A stretch of 64,000 bases of DNA from NCBI RefSeq assembly GCF_964355755.1, contig NC_092672.1:7502001-7566000 (forward strand), in the 5' to 3' direction. Position 1 is the stretch's first letter; the number at the start of each line of letters is the position of its first letter. The notes below the pieces were generated by a model, which had not been told where the DNA came from, searched no databases, and saw only the letters and a list, made by a program, of their open reading frames with translations. Shown here one piece after another: positions 12,128-26,885 of the stretch. The DNA is from Antedon mediterranea. Taxonomy: Eukaryota; Animalia; Echinodermata. The translations under genes were made by a program, and so were the position numbers.

Positions 12128-14284
12128 AATGATGCTTGATTGATCCATTGAAATTAAATGGAGTTAATTACTGGAATATCTATAATGATACTCCATTATT
12201 GTTCTCCTGCAACAGGTTTAAATGCCTCACTATCTTTAGGTTAAGAAGGTTTTATTTTTTATTAAGGGTTGGAGATGATCCTATAATTACAATAGAGACA
12301 ATTATTTCCATATTAAATGTATATTGTACATTTATAAGATATCAAATATGCCAAAAATGTCTTTGAATGAAATTTAAATTACAGTTTTTGTTCCAAACGA
12401 AATAACAAATACTATTAATACCAAAATCAATATTAAATAACCACATTGAACTAAAATACTATATTATAATAATTTATTATAAAGAAGTTTTTATATTATT
12501 GAAAAAAATCAAAATTTTATTTAAAATATTATTTTAACATAAGAAATAAGTAAATAATATTCAAGTTTGATGATTGGTGGTCCCGACCAATATATTGTTT
12601 TTACATATCTGAGTATTAAAGGAAATCGCATTCATTCACATTCAACATGTTTCAACACTAAAGTTTAAGTTCAAGGAACTGAGTAGACATTCTTGTACTA
12701 ATCTAAGCATTGTAAGCTGTTTAGGATTACTTTAAATGTTTGATTAGAACCTGCTATAGGTTGTACATCTTGTAAGACTCTCCAAATCCAAATCACCCTA
12801 TTCACTACCTTAACACCTTTGTTGTTTAACCATTCAGAACTTGACTGAGCACTATGTTCGTGATTGTAATTTAAGTGCGTGCTGAGAATCTTCATTTAAC
12901 GATCTGAAGCAAAGTACTTGACAAGTTTTGAAACGTATTAGAACTCCTTTCTACCGGTAATTAGTTACGTTAATCCGCCTATGTTAAACTAATTTGGTGG
13001 TCATTTTTATTCTTTACTGACTTTACCTTGAACTTATTGATGTAATATTGGTGCTTTATTGGTAGGTGCAGTTATTAAACTCTGGATTTAACCCACTGGT
13101 TAACCTAATTCACAACTTTATTACAATAGTAGAGACTTTTGTCTCATTTTCAATTAGGAAATACTATGTAATTGATGGAAGGTCAGAAAGAACTTTGCGG
13201 CTGTTGTCTTGATTTTTTTTCTTTGTTTACAGTTGATTTTACTTTTTCTTGTTTCATGCAATTTTGTCAATATAAACGTTGATTGATGGACTGGATATTT
13301 TTTATGTGTTAAACAATAGTTTCTTATAAAATGCTCTAAGCGTTTTATCATCTGGTGCATTATCAAATTGTGCTGGACAATTCATCTGAAGAAGTGGTAT
13401 GACTTGCATCATCTCAACTCTTTCATGCAGCTTATGATTGGCCGACACTAGCTTATGAGATGGATATAAATTAGTGTATGTTATTTGAAGGGAGGAAAAG
13501 CAATGATAAGAAAGATAAAACTTCCATTTATTAATGAACTATTCCATCAACCATGCCCTCACATGAGCACGCCCCAAACATACTACTGAATACCATTTGA
13601 TGATTTGTGTAATTTTCTATTTTTTTTTACTTAATAATATTAATAACATTTTTCAATTTGCAACAAGATTTACTAAAATGATAAATAGCAAGTTTAAACC
13701 CTTGTAATGTAATTTTTGTATGATTACATATTTTCAGGCCAACTCTTTTTTGATTTTATTATTTAGTCAGATGTGTTATTTACAGTCAGACTTATCTTAA
13801 ATTCTGAATCTTGACTTCTTTGGAATGTATAATAAAATTCCAATTTGAGATGCATTGTAGGACATAAATTTAATTTGATAGAGTATTGTATGCATTGTAG
13901 CACATAACTTTATTTAATTGCTTATGTTATCATTTTAAGATCAGGACTTTTATGAACTTCACCCTAGTTTGCTTTTTTTATATTTCTGAATATTGGATTA
14001 AGCTGTGTTGAGACACACAACTTGTTCAATAATATACACTAAGCTGATCGGAAAACATATCAGAGTTACATCCAGTTATACGTACTGGTGTGATTGGTTA
14101 CCTTTCTTATATGTCCATTTGTTACCTCTATCTGATGTAAACTCTGATGTGAGTTTCAGAGGTTCTGTAATAAAAGTTAAACAAGCTAAACTTGTAGATG
14201 ATAGACTGCAATTGAACTACAATAAAAGAAGAGCTCTGTACTGTAGATTGTATAGATTGCTACTGTAAAATGCAAAATAACTAT

Positions 14285-15171
14285 AGGCCTTTTCACACAG
14301 AACTTCGGCAATATTGCGGTAAGCAAGCCGGCGTTATTGCCGGTCTAAACCCATTCACACAGAAGGTAATATTACGGTAATTTTACCGTTTTCTGTGTGA
14401 AAGGCCACGGTGAAAAGGCGCAATATTTAAAGATTACTGTCTTCATAAAATAGAAGTCGCACTTTTTGAGAAAAAAAAATGGTGGGCACCTCGGCCGCCG
14501 CCGGTGACAAAACATGCCATGCGCGCACATGTTTGCTGATGTTGTTTTGTGTGTCCGTCGTTTAGTTTTATTGGTTGTTATTTACGATGCATAAAACCTA
14601 TATTTTTGCCCAACACCACACTCCGTGCTAATAACTGCCCGATCGTGATGGCCATTCTACAGAAACAAATAGACGCGAATTTAATTATCAGAAGCTGTTA
14701 TGAGCTAGCACCGGGAGCGCGCACCGGAGGATGTTCCTGCTAGAACTATGCTAACTAGGGCCTAGGCTTACGTACGTTACAGCAAGTTAAATAATCTTTG
14801 GACCAACATCTGTTATATTTTTATTATTATTGGCCGTATTCTTCCATTGTATTATTTACAAACTAACCTAAAAATATATATATATATGGATATAATCTAA
14901 TAATTTGGCCTAAAGTAATTGCCACGGTCTTTCTCAATCAAGGAAAATGTCCCGAATTTATTCTTGCTTCACTGCGTAAGCAGGCGTTATATCGTGGACT
15001 CTTTCACACAGATCAGGCTTACGACCGTGACGGTAATATTACCACAATTTTACTAGGTCCAGAGGCGGTCTAACGGAAGCCGGCATTAAGGGTTTTTACC
15101 CTTTCACACATAAGCCGGCGTTCGCGAATTACCGCAATATTACCGTCTTACAGCTCTGTGTGAAAGGGGCT
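14285..15171. mobile_element. PIF/Harbinger-like MITE (~890 bp)
   Basis: TAT|AGGCCTTTTCACACAGA ... TCTGTGTGAAAGGGGCT|TAT; 3-bp TSD; internal TTCACACAGA repeats; CpG-rich relative to the flanks. Confidence 0.78.
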
Positions 15172-16006
15172 TATGTGTAGTAGTATTTATACATCAGGTA
15201 AAAATTTACCGATCATCTTACATACAGTACAGGAAATTCCTGCCGTTTAAATATAGGAAACATTTCACAACTTCCTGGTATCATTTTACTTTAAAATGTT
15301 TAAATTTATGAGAAAGAAACACTTTTTAAGTAGTTTTAAAAGAGAAGTCAGGTAAAGTATCAAGTACAGCAGTAAATTATTTTGATAAATAGTTTGTCAA
15401 ATTATAAAAGTGAAACAAGTCCTCAATTATTTTTCAATTTCATTTTATATCAAACATTAATACCTTCAACATTTTTTTTTGGATAAATGTTTTATGTTTT
15501 ACATGTTTCAACCAAAAATTACATTTTTAAAATTCCGGTATTGTATTGGATTGGAACAAGATTTATGAAACAGGTCTACTATAGTATAATATAATTATGA
15601 CAACTAAGCTATTTTTTTGCAATATATATAATGTCGATTTATTATATTTATTTTTTTCAAATGTTCTTTGTATAATAAAAATCCTTATCAGTCTCAATTT
15701 GTATTTTTATAATTCATCATATTATCTTTTAATGTAAATCTCTTTTCTGACAATTTCCTTTTTATCATGGACCTTCCTTGGTTATCCTATCCAATCTTGT
15801 GGAATGCTCATTCAGAATGGTATGTGATGGGATAATTAAAACCAGGCTGATTCCTTAGCTATTCAAACAAGTATTTACTGTAAAGTCATTACATGACACA
15901 AAGTGACAAATGGAGTGACATCACATGACACAAGGTGACAAATGGAGTGACATCTGCTAGGAAGTATGACAGATTACTATAATAATTTTCACACCATTTT
16001 GTCTTA

Positions 16007-17617
16007 GGGTCTGTTTCTGCTGCATAACGCAATTTAACCGGTTATTTTAAAATAGATTAAAAATAGATAACAATAACAAGACCGCGTTTCTGCTCAATTT
16101 GTGCTCCGAAATAACCGGTTAAATCTATGGGTGGTCGTCGAGCAAAACGTCATCATTACCCAAAATGCAATACACTCAGACGGAAGTAGTAAGTTGGCTG
16201 TTTGTTTACATCGACGTCGTCAATACACACGTGTGTATATCGCCGAACATCTCAAACATGTTAAAATAATAAAATGTTGTCTACAGGTCTACAAGTTTTG
16301 TTTTTTGTAAAGCCTACTTACTGATCGCTAATATAATTAATTCTCATGGCGCCTTCAATAACATGGGGAGGGTCGTGCAGCGCCCGATCGCCTAGGATAA
16401 TTTTTATCTAGCCTAAAATTCCTCAACAAAGGCGATGATGATACATACGGCCCTTCCCACGTGAACGACTGTTGTCTTTCGCGAGCGCGGTCCTACAAAA
16501 AACCAAACGGAAACAAAAACGAGACTTAGAATGTTGCAATACCTACCAAACGAGAGTAGATAATTGTTAATTAATTAATAGCAAAAATCGTCCGAATTTA
16601 TGTTAAAAACGACGAGTTTAGCCACAAAAACTTAAATCAAACGAGAGTATCCAAGTCATAGAATATCGCACGCACATAGTGCCTTTAATAGAATAGTGAG
16701 TAAACATTGTTTCGTATATTTATGTACTAACATAAATAATAACACATTTCTATGCTTAATAAAATCATATTTAATATATTATCAAAGGCTCTCATAACCT
16801 ATGTTTTCGGTCGATGTGATGTTTTTCTAAAAAAATTATATAAAACGATCAAATTAAGATTGTTCATTGTTCTCCTATTAAAGGCACTAAGCGCGTGCCA
16901 TAAATACGCTCGTTTGGATTAAGTTTTTGTTGCTAAATTCATCGTTTATAACATAAATTCGGATGATTTTTGCTATAAAATTTGGGTTTTCATAATTAAT
17001 TAACCATTATCTACTATCGTTTGGTAGGTATTTGCAACATTCTGAGTCCCTTTTGTTTCCGTTTTGGTGTTAATATAGGACCATCCATACCCTTCGCGAG
17101 CGTGTACTAACGCCTCATATTGCTTAGCTTGGGTAGTCCCCGGAACTCCACCCCAAATTCCTCTTTTACTTTCGCAAAAATGCTCTTATTTATTATCTGT
17201 GATTCTTTTCTATTGCCTGCCATCCTTCCCCGTACTTTCTCTCCCCCCACAACTGAATAACATATCTTGTGATTTCATTCATCCACATACATGTTCACTT
17301 CTTCGTTCGACTGTCAAAACCACGAGGAAAACACACACCGTATGCGACGGTATCTGACCCGGGGTCACAACTGTCAATCAAATAACCGTTATTTCGTGTT
17401 GCAGCTAAGAATTGCTCAGCGATAACCGGTTAAACGGCGTTCTAACACCGATTTAAATTGGTGTTTTTAACCGGTTATTTTGCGCTGCCTTTTAACCGGT
17501 TACCACAAATGTGTCCTGTTTCTGCTGCCAAGAAAATGGAGTTAATTTATTCACACCGATTTTAATTTATTCACACCGATTTTAACCGGTTATTTTTTAT
17601 GCAGCAGAAACAGGCCC
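16007..17617. mobile_element. PIF/Harbinger-like MITE (~1.6 kb) containing a nested inverted-repeat element (~16490-17085)
   Basis: TTA|GGGTCTGTTTCTGCTGCATAA ... TTATGCAGCAGAAACAGGCCC|TTA; TAACCGGTTA subterminal motifs; internal ~200-bp inverted arms. A solo right end of the same family lies at ~24962-24983. Confidence 0.85.
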
Positions 17618-20600
17618 TTAATGTAATTTTGTGTAAAAAATGTTAAACATTTATCATTTAAGTACATTTCTTGAGACTGTTCTTACTTGTTTAAGTTGTA
17701 AACAACGCCTTGCAACGCAAAGTAAAGTTAGTAGCATCTTGGCCATGTGACCGAGCTGAACACAACATTTCATTTTGAGTATGTTAACATTTCTTTTGCC
17801 GATGACCACTTGGAGGACATTCGTATATTTTAAAATTTAATTTATAAATGCCTTTATGCAACAGAAGTCGGCCTCCTTTATACTCCTACATGTTTTAAGT
17901 ATTTTAATTTTTATATAAAATAAAGTCACACCTCAAAATATTAATCCTTCAAAAAATGTAGCTTTTATACTTTATTTGATTTACTGCAAAAGGTTTAAAA
18001 CTTGTCTTAAATTAAACTTGTTGATACCTGATATTATTTCCTACATGATTTTGATAAATTTGAACAATTGACAGTTTTGAATTACTTTTCAGTATTAACT
18101 TGGCAGTTTCATACCTGTCAATTTTATATTTTGATTCACATAACCTTATATGCCTGCCTGGTTTCCGAGCCCATGGTACTGTAGTTTATAAGTGTACTTC
18201 TTGTTTTAGCATTTTCTGTCTTTTAGCATAGTAAATAAACTAATTGTATACTTTTCACAAATATTATAAAGCTGTATGGAATGGAACTTATAGGTTTAGC
18301 TAGAAGCTATTCAATTGTCATGGTTGAGTAAATGAGTAAATCAGTTGTCTGTTAGGGACAGTTTTTAAAAGTTTGTCTTTAACTTGTGGATTTTGATTAA
18401 TATACATGACTTGGTAAGAATAAAGCTTTCTTTTATTTGACCTGATATGTTATTATAATAGATTGAAGTAGGAATATTCATGATTTGTAAAGTTTTTATT
18501 TACTCTTTTTATTTTTAATAGTGGTACAGTATTTCCTATATTTTTCTCTGAACCTTTTTGTAGTGTTATGGCATAATGAAGTATGATCACAGTATGATTA
18601 TGATAAAATAAAATAATTTTTATCTTGATAAACCAACAATAGCCAGTGATCTTCCCAGATGGAAGAGCTATAGGTAGATAAAAGTTCCTTGAACATCCTT
18701 TTATAACAGTGGACTAACCCACCAATGTCTCCCTCATGTGGGCATTCCCCAAAGTACGACTGTCATTATAATTGATGTTGCTAGTTAATATCACTAATAT
18801 TTTGTTTAATGTCTTTAATGAAATGATTTGTTTATAACTTAGTGACCATCATTTGGTCAATCCTAAGGTCATGGTCATTTATAGTCTTGACTGAACTTCA
18901 TTGACTGGACTTAAAATTGAACTTTAGATAACTAGCATTCACATCTGGGTGTACTTACATCAGAGACAACAATAAAGGAAGCAATATTGTAGGACATGGG
19001 CAAAGATATTTCCTACTGGTCTGTCACTGACCTTAGCAAATCAGTACTACTGAATTTTGAGGGAAATTGTGAAAAAGTGGAGCTGTACTTTAGCTTGGTG
19101 GTTAAGATGCTTGACTTCCAATCCCAAGGCCAGTGACCATATTCACCATTCACACATAGGCTATGGGAAAAACTTATACTTTAAAATTAAAAAAATCTCC
19201 TATCGAAGTGAATACAATTTACGATAATTAAGGGAAATACTCCTTAATTAAATATTCCTTATTAATAATCAAAAAGAAGAGAACAAGGAAGGGAAGGAGG
19301 AAAATTGTAGGAGGATATTGCAGATAACGTTAAGGAACACAAAGGGCCACAGTTAGTGGAGTAAGGTTAAAAAAAACAAGAAAACATTTGAAAATAATTC
19401 AAATTTGGGTATTATTATACAGTATGTATCAAAACTACAACAACAGAGTTAATGGTGTCTGGCTTTATAGAATAGAGGAAATAGTAGTTGAATGGGTTAT
19501 ATTACAGTATGAATATTATTTTACAATAGAGTTATGAATTTTTACACATTTCTGTGTGGTGTCTGGATGAAAACGTACAAGTGGTTATAATCTGCCTAAG
19601 GGCTTAATTTAGCTAGGCACTGTAGCTATCAAACCATATTAAGCCCATAGTCTAAATGAACTTGCATTGACCTTGTAGGGTACTCTCTAGAAAAGAGAAT
19701 GGTACTTTACAGCTTTGCATAGGCTCATTATTAGAATTAAAACCATAAAAACATTGTGGGTTAAATAGTTCCAAGTTTGTAGGAAGATATCCACTCTAGT
19801 ATTAGCGAATGTTATCGCTTAAGTAAATGAAAAAAAAAATGTTTATCGTTCAGAGCCAAAGTGACTAGCCATCTTGTGAATTGAAAAGGATACAAGCCAG
19901 TAGGCATGGAAATATGAATATAAGCTAGTAAACACACACAAACAAAAGGTGAAAAGACCCAAACATGCATTGTTGACTTAAAACACAACGTTAAATCTAC
20001 ATGCACACAACTTTAACATGATAACAGTTTAAAACCCTTTAGCAAATCCATTTGTGATTTAATACCGATGAATAATTAGTTTGATCGGCCGGAAACATTT
20101 AATTATACATGAAAACAGAACTTCCTGGAGAATGTGAGATTGGAGTCTGCAAGAAAATCCACAAGATTAGACTTTTAAATAAACACAATTAAACAACATC
20201 TGCTGTTAAGAAAAAAATAGTAAAATTGTTAAAAAAATTAGGAAAATAACACTGTTGAAAGTGCAAGTTTAAACAGTTTCAAGTTCCATAGAATAATTGG
20301 TCATGTGTTTGCCCTACTGTTACCTAATTGTCATTTTTGTGTTATAGTAAGTACATTTAGTAGTTCGAGAATATTTTTCTCAGGTGAGACTCGAACCCAA
20401 ATCAATAGCCTAGCATTCATACTTAAAACACAAGCTTTCACTGATGTTTAGAGTTATTTGAGCCTAAGGAAGTATAGTCGTTGGTTCGAGTCCCACCCAA
20501 GAAACGCGAAATTTACTCATGGCTTGGCAAATAAAATTATGTCAGAGTAGGGAAAACATACCTTTCACAAAATCTAGAAAAAATGTATTATTTATTGCTT

Positions 20601-23600
20601 GTTTTGGTGTCCTAATGTCTACCTTAAAAGGTTTTCAATTATTAGTTTGCTAGAGATCTGATCTCGGAAGATTAGCAACACTATTATTGGCTTTACCTGT
20701 AGAGATGCAACAAAGCAAACTAATATTCAATTGATATGTATTTGTTTCCATGCATTTCACACGTTTATTCAAACTAGTTAAAAAACATGCCATCAGAGTC
20801 CTACCCACTGAATAAATCATTTCTCATACCATTGTACTTCAACTTGTTTATCACCATTAACAATAAAGGACTGGTAGAGCAGAACCTTTTAATAGAAATT
20901 TACTACCCTTGTCAAGTTTGTGGAGGATGTATTGAAAGTTTTAATATAAAGCTGTTTTTGTTTATAAAATACAACAGTACAACTACTGTTATATAATTAT
21001 TTTCTATGATTGCATTTAAATTAATTTAAGTTGCAATAAAAGTACTCATTTTAAGTAAACTCATTACACTGTAGTACAAGGTTTTTCTTGTCACCTCTCT
21101 TGATTGTATACCATTACTAACAAGAAAGTTATTTTTAGAAAGTAACAAATTCGAATTTTTGTAAAATAAAAAATTCAATCATATCGGAAATACTGCTACA
21201 CAGATTTGTTTTCACTGTTAAATAAAAAAAAATTAACCAAATTTGTGTACACTTAAGTAACCATATAAATAAGGTACTTTTTTAGTATTTTTGACAATAA
21301 GTTAATTAATTTTAAGGTGTGGTAACTATTCAAATCATTAGAGCTCTACCTGACCTGTTCAAGAGATATAAAACTAGATATCTTATTTGATAAGAGAGTA
21401 GATATACCGGTTGATACCAAAGAGAGATGGACTGAATAGATAACATACCTACTGTTTAAATACCTACACTCTTGACCAATGTTCAGCTTTCCTTTGAATG
21501 CTAATTAAAGACCATTAAGTTCATCACACGATGTTAGTTAAGATAAAATGAAGGACAACAAAAGGAATGGAGTAAAAGCAACAAAGGCACCAAAATAGTA
21601 TTGAACAAATAATTAGATTAAATTAAACAAAGAAAACTAAAAATGGAAAAAAAAATTGGATAATTGTAATACTGTATCTGAAGACAAAAAATGTAGAAGA
21701 AGATGGTAGGTTCCTTATTTCTTAATGTAATTGTTTTTTTCTCTCAAATAAATCACTTTTCTGTGATGTAGGAGGCCTGACTACTACTGTGAGAGAGATT
21801 ACCATCATGACCAACAAATGGTCAAATCCCTTGTTTTTATTATAAAGTTATTGTAATAATAATTGTATAGTTTTTGCTATCGATTCATGCAGACATTATA
21901 TTGAATGTTCTTTATCACATTTTTTTATTTGCCAATTTTTTTCATAATTGCCCCCCCCCCCCATCCTTGATTCCGCCTCCTTCTCTCCTTTCCTTTTTTC
22001 CATAACACAATCAATCATCGTTGTTGTGCCAGTGTTGGAGGAATTGGCAAAATGTATTAATCCAGGATGAGTTGTGTTACCTGGTGTGCTAATGTGTACC
22101 AGATTGTATTTAATCTTATGACTTTAACATGTGATGCTTCATTGTCATTTTTCACATGCCTCACTTCAGATGAATGTCATCCCATGTGAAGGCATGTCTG
22201 CTAAATATATCATAGTTTATGTTTCATAGTTTATGCTGTTGTCTAGTTAAATGCATTTCGGTATTAAAAATCAATTGCTGATCTATGTATTTAATACTAA
22301 TTGTAATTAGATTAAATCAAATATAGAGGTTTTGTTTGTACCATTGAGTCACAGAGAAAAAGCAATTACTGTACCTACTGGAATAAAATATTTCTATTAT
22401 AGCAATCTCTCCAGAACTATTAAACTCTAATACCATACTACTATACAAACTACCATACATTAATATGCCCCCACCACTACTTGTTGACATTTGGTAACTT
22501 GATTTTAAAACACAACAAGGGAGCAGTTAAGTTGTATCCAGTAGTTTATGGAATTTCTAAAATCAAGGTCACGTTAAATTCATAAATTTACAATTACAGT
22601 ACAACATTGCTATTGATGCAAACTAGGTTTCCAAAATATGGAAATCAGGTCACTTTATACTTGGCAACAAAGTGTATATACAATACAAGGTTATGGTAGA
22701 CAAGCAGGGGAGTGAAGGGATATTGTAAGAAAGTTGTGAAAGGGTGAAAACCAGTGCTTTAGGCCAATGCATTGGCACAGTGTGGGGATGTATGCTTTCT
22801 GAAAATGTATCAATATTGAAACATTTAGTTAATGTTTAACTCATTTGAATGGCCTTTAAAATGTTAAAAAACACATTTTTATAATTTATTTTTGGATTAA
22901 CAAAATTTAAAAATGAAACCAACTACAGTATTCTCTAAGAAAACCATAGATATTTCTAAAAGCCTTTGCATTTTGTATGCCAAATAAAAAAAAGTTGCTT
23001 CAGTTTCAATGAGCTTCCGGAACAAGAAATGCCTTTGCCAATTATAGATAAACCGACTTATAATGATGTGAGATAAAATTACAGCGAAAAAGTAAAGGGA
23101 TATTAAGCACTTTAACATCCTTTAGTCCTAAAGCTTAACCTATGACAGTAAAGGTCTTAAAATTATAACATAGCTTTCTTAGGTTTGGAATTTGTCTCCT
23201 TTGATTACAAGAAAAGTAATTTGTGTCCATACCTGAGATTTGAAAAAAAGAAATAGTATTTATGATATTTGAATATAGGAACATTATTAATTATTATTAT
23301 AATGATACATAATGTTTCTAGTATGTGTGAACTATTACTAGAAACAAGAAAGTAGAATGTAAATGTTTGGCAACACATAACAATTCATGGATGTTGATAG
23401 TATACCATTTTTTAAATAGTGTGTATTTGATTGGTCACTTAGACACCTCGCTGTGATCTACTCCCCATGCTTGTATATAAATAGTGAGGAACTAGATCTA
23501 CTGATTATCTGCTGAAACCATCCCAGTTAATGCCCAATATTACAAAAAATTAGAAGTAGAAATCAGGCAATAAAAAAAATTTGAAAAAGGCTAAAAATTG

Positions 23601-25237
23601 CCTACTAGCTTTGGGGCCGCTTAGGGTCCCTATACAAGAAGCCCTACGTTACATGATTCACTGTACTACTACAGGTAAAACTTAATGAATGTTTTCAATT
23701 CCTGTATGTATTATATGTATATTATATATAATATAGAATATTTATTTTCATTTCCAAAGGTTATCATTACAACAACCATTTCACATGTTCGCTAGATTAA
23801 GTACTGTATAATGTTTCGTTTCCTATTTCCATAATCGTGAGAATGTATCATTAGCTACTGTACAAGTTTACTTTAGTTTTAACTTTAGATGATGACCGCT
23901 TGATTAGCCTGACAGGAAGTTATCTTAGGTGGTTTATTACCATCTAAAATCAGATAAAAACAATCCCAGAATTGTTCTTATTTAATCTGTTACAATCTTT
24001 GAAACGGAGAGGAAGTCGTTGTCTGTAACTAGGTATCTAGGTAATAGCATAAATAACTATTTTTATAGTATTGTATCACTATCAGTATTTAAAGTTTCTG
24101 TACAGATATGTTTATCCCCCTGAAAAAATAATTTGTAAACAATTTTTTGTTGAATAGACTATTTTAATGTAACATATAACAGTTATTCACTTTGACCAAA
24201 TATTGGATTGAAAAAAAACTATTTACCTGATAAAGCCGAAATTTAAAGATAAACATAGTCAACCATAAGCCCATTTTCTGGACGTCATGGGTTGTTGGTT
24301 GAATAACTGTCTAAGTTGTCTTTTTATGTATTGTTTTCTTGTTTTTTTTTTTTGGAAAAGGTGTAAACAAAACAACACCTATATTGGATGTTTAATGCAG
24401 GAAATTTTAAAGAAAAAACAATTAAATGCTGTTAGCGGTTGCAAAGAGAATGACGGAATTGGTTGGAATATTATCTCGTTAAAATAAGACATTATTTAAT
24501 TAATAACTTAAGCTGTAGGAGGAGTGAATTGAAAGTTTAGGAAATTTTGAATTTCAGATGGAAGTTGACTCATTTGTAAAATGGAAGGTCAAATGTATCA
24601 TTCACAAAGTTGTTAATCTCTTGAATAATCCATTTAGGATCTATGAATAATGTTATGCAATAATGAAGAGTCACACCATGGTATGTAATCATGTAATACA
24701 TAGTGAACCATTGTTTTTAGGACTAAAAAGGAAATGGATGAAAAGTCCTAATAATGAATGGAATGCTGTATACCATAGGCTCATAATGCGCATATGTATC
24801 TTATATATAAATTGCCACCTCCTTCGTCCTGAAACAAAAGCTCTCTATTATGTCAGCATTGATACTTTAGACCCTGCTTCTAATATGAGCTCATTGATAG
24901 CATTTTGGGTGCCAGTAATGATTAAATTTTAATATTGAAATGACCCAATTTTTGACCTGTTATACAGCAGAAACAGGCCCTTACTCGTATGCCTGAAATA
25001 AATTTACAACATGTAATATTTGTTGTATGGGCGTGTTGGCCCACTTGAAGATGTGGCGCACAAACTATACCACTATCCTAGAAGGGTGTTTTTTATAATT
25101 ATTATTTTTCGATTATGTTCTCCCCTCGAACAAAGAGTTGGTTTATCCAGGAAGTTCAAAATCACCTTTGGTTTTTTTAGTACTACATTGTAGCCTAAAA
25201 TAAAATGAGCTTATGGCCTTTTTACCTAACTTGCTGT

Positions 25238-25553
25238 GTCAGAGCATGTTAGACTATCAAGCAGTTGATGAGCAGAGAGGGGAGTGATGAACAGTGGTTC
25301 GTAAAGCATTGGGGCAAGACAAAAATTAAGAATCAAAACCAGTCAGAGCATGTTAGACTATCAAGCAGTTGATGAGCAGAGAAGGGAGTGATGCACAGTG
25401 GTTCGTAAAGCATTGGGGCAAGACAAAAATTAAGAATCAGAACCAGTCAGAGGATGTTAGACTATCAAGCAGTTGATGAGCAGAGAGGGGAGTGATGAAC
25501 AGTGGTTCGTAAAGCATTGGGGCAATAAAGACAAAAATTAAGAATCAAAACCA
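25238..25553. repeat. Tandem repeat, 104-bp unit x3
   Basis: gtcagagcatgttagactatcaagcagttgatgagcagag... starting at 25238, 25342 and 25446. Confidence 0.9.
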
Positions 25554-26885
25554 TTGAAAGTATAGTGTACATTTTTGAAATGCAACTAATTTGTCAATTT
25601 AAAGAACTTCTTAACCCCTGAGATCAAATTTATTTATATCATTATATCAATCATTGCATGTCAATTTATATAGCATTGTTATGTTCAGCTTCCCCTGGGC
25701 AATACCATAATTGTTCCCTTCCTTCCATTTTCCACCTCAACACCTGTGTTTTGTGTGATTACAAAACACGGCTTTACAAACACTTTGTAGATTCTTTTCA
25801 AAATTAGGATAATACCTTTATCTTTAATCAGTTAAGAAAATATTGTTTGATCGTAATAAAGAGCGTGTCGGTTCATTCCAGACATCTGTATTGTACTGAG
25901 TTGTGGTATTTGCAGTGCTATGAGTGTGTCAGTAAATGGTGACACAGACTTTCACTAATGAGTGTGACAATAATGGTGATACTCTCACTAAATATTTATC
26001 AGTGCCTCACCTCACTTATGTCTTTTCAGTATAAAATGCAACATGTATGATGTACTATGCACAACAATTTCATTTTATTTTATAAATGTTTTAATATCCC
26101 CTATAAAAGTGATCATAATTTGTTAACAAAACTTTGCAGATGTGAAAATATAAAAAAAATTCAACTGGCAAAAACTCCATAAATACATTTTAAGAAAGAA
26201 AGTTATTTCACAATTAGTTGCATTGCTGGATATGCTCTTTTAATGTTTATACCAGCTGTGTATGGATGGGTTTGTATGGGTGAATAATGATTCTACCAAA
26301 ACTATTTCCTAGTACATTCAGAGTGATAGAAGGAAACTGTATAAAACAAATGTTGGTAAGAATTAAATACATATATATTACTTTAAAACATTAAACCAGG
26401 TCATTTCTTGTCTTAAAATGTACGTTTTTTGGTAAATTATGATACAAAGTGAGAAACAATGCACTACCTAGGTAGCTTGCGGCGACTGACCTCTCGTGGA
26501 CGGTCTTTAGGCCTAGCCTAGCTAGGCTTATAGTTTTGTAGGCCTAGCTGGTAACGTACGAACATCATACGCTAGCTATATACCTAGCCATGATGTTGTA
26601 TAATTGCTGCATTAATTGTCTTTCTATTTTTGCCAGACTCCGTTGATACAAATTGAGGAAAACCCGGTATTTTCTCTGAAAAGTTAGGAGTCTTCCATTT
26701 GTTTTGGCCTCACGATCGATCGAAAAGTGGGTTAATTACAGAAATATCAATCCGCGCACAATGCATTTAGGCATTTATAGCGGGCCGCTATAATTATTAG
26801 AATCGACTTATTTTTCACATTTTTAACCATTTAAAGATGAAAAAAGTTATCGCAATAGGACCATATAGTATTATTTTTAGATTAA

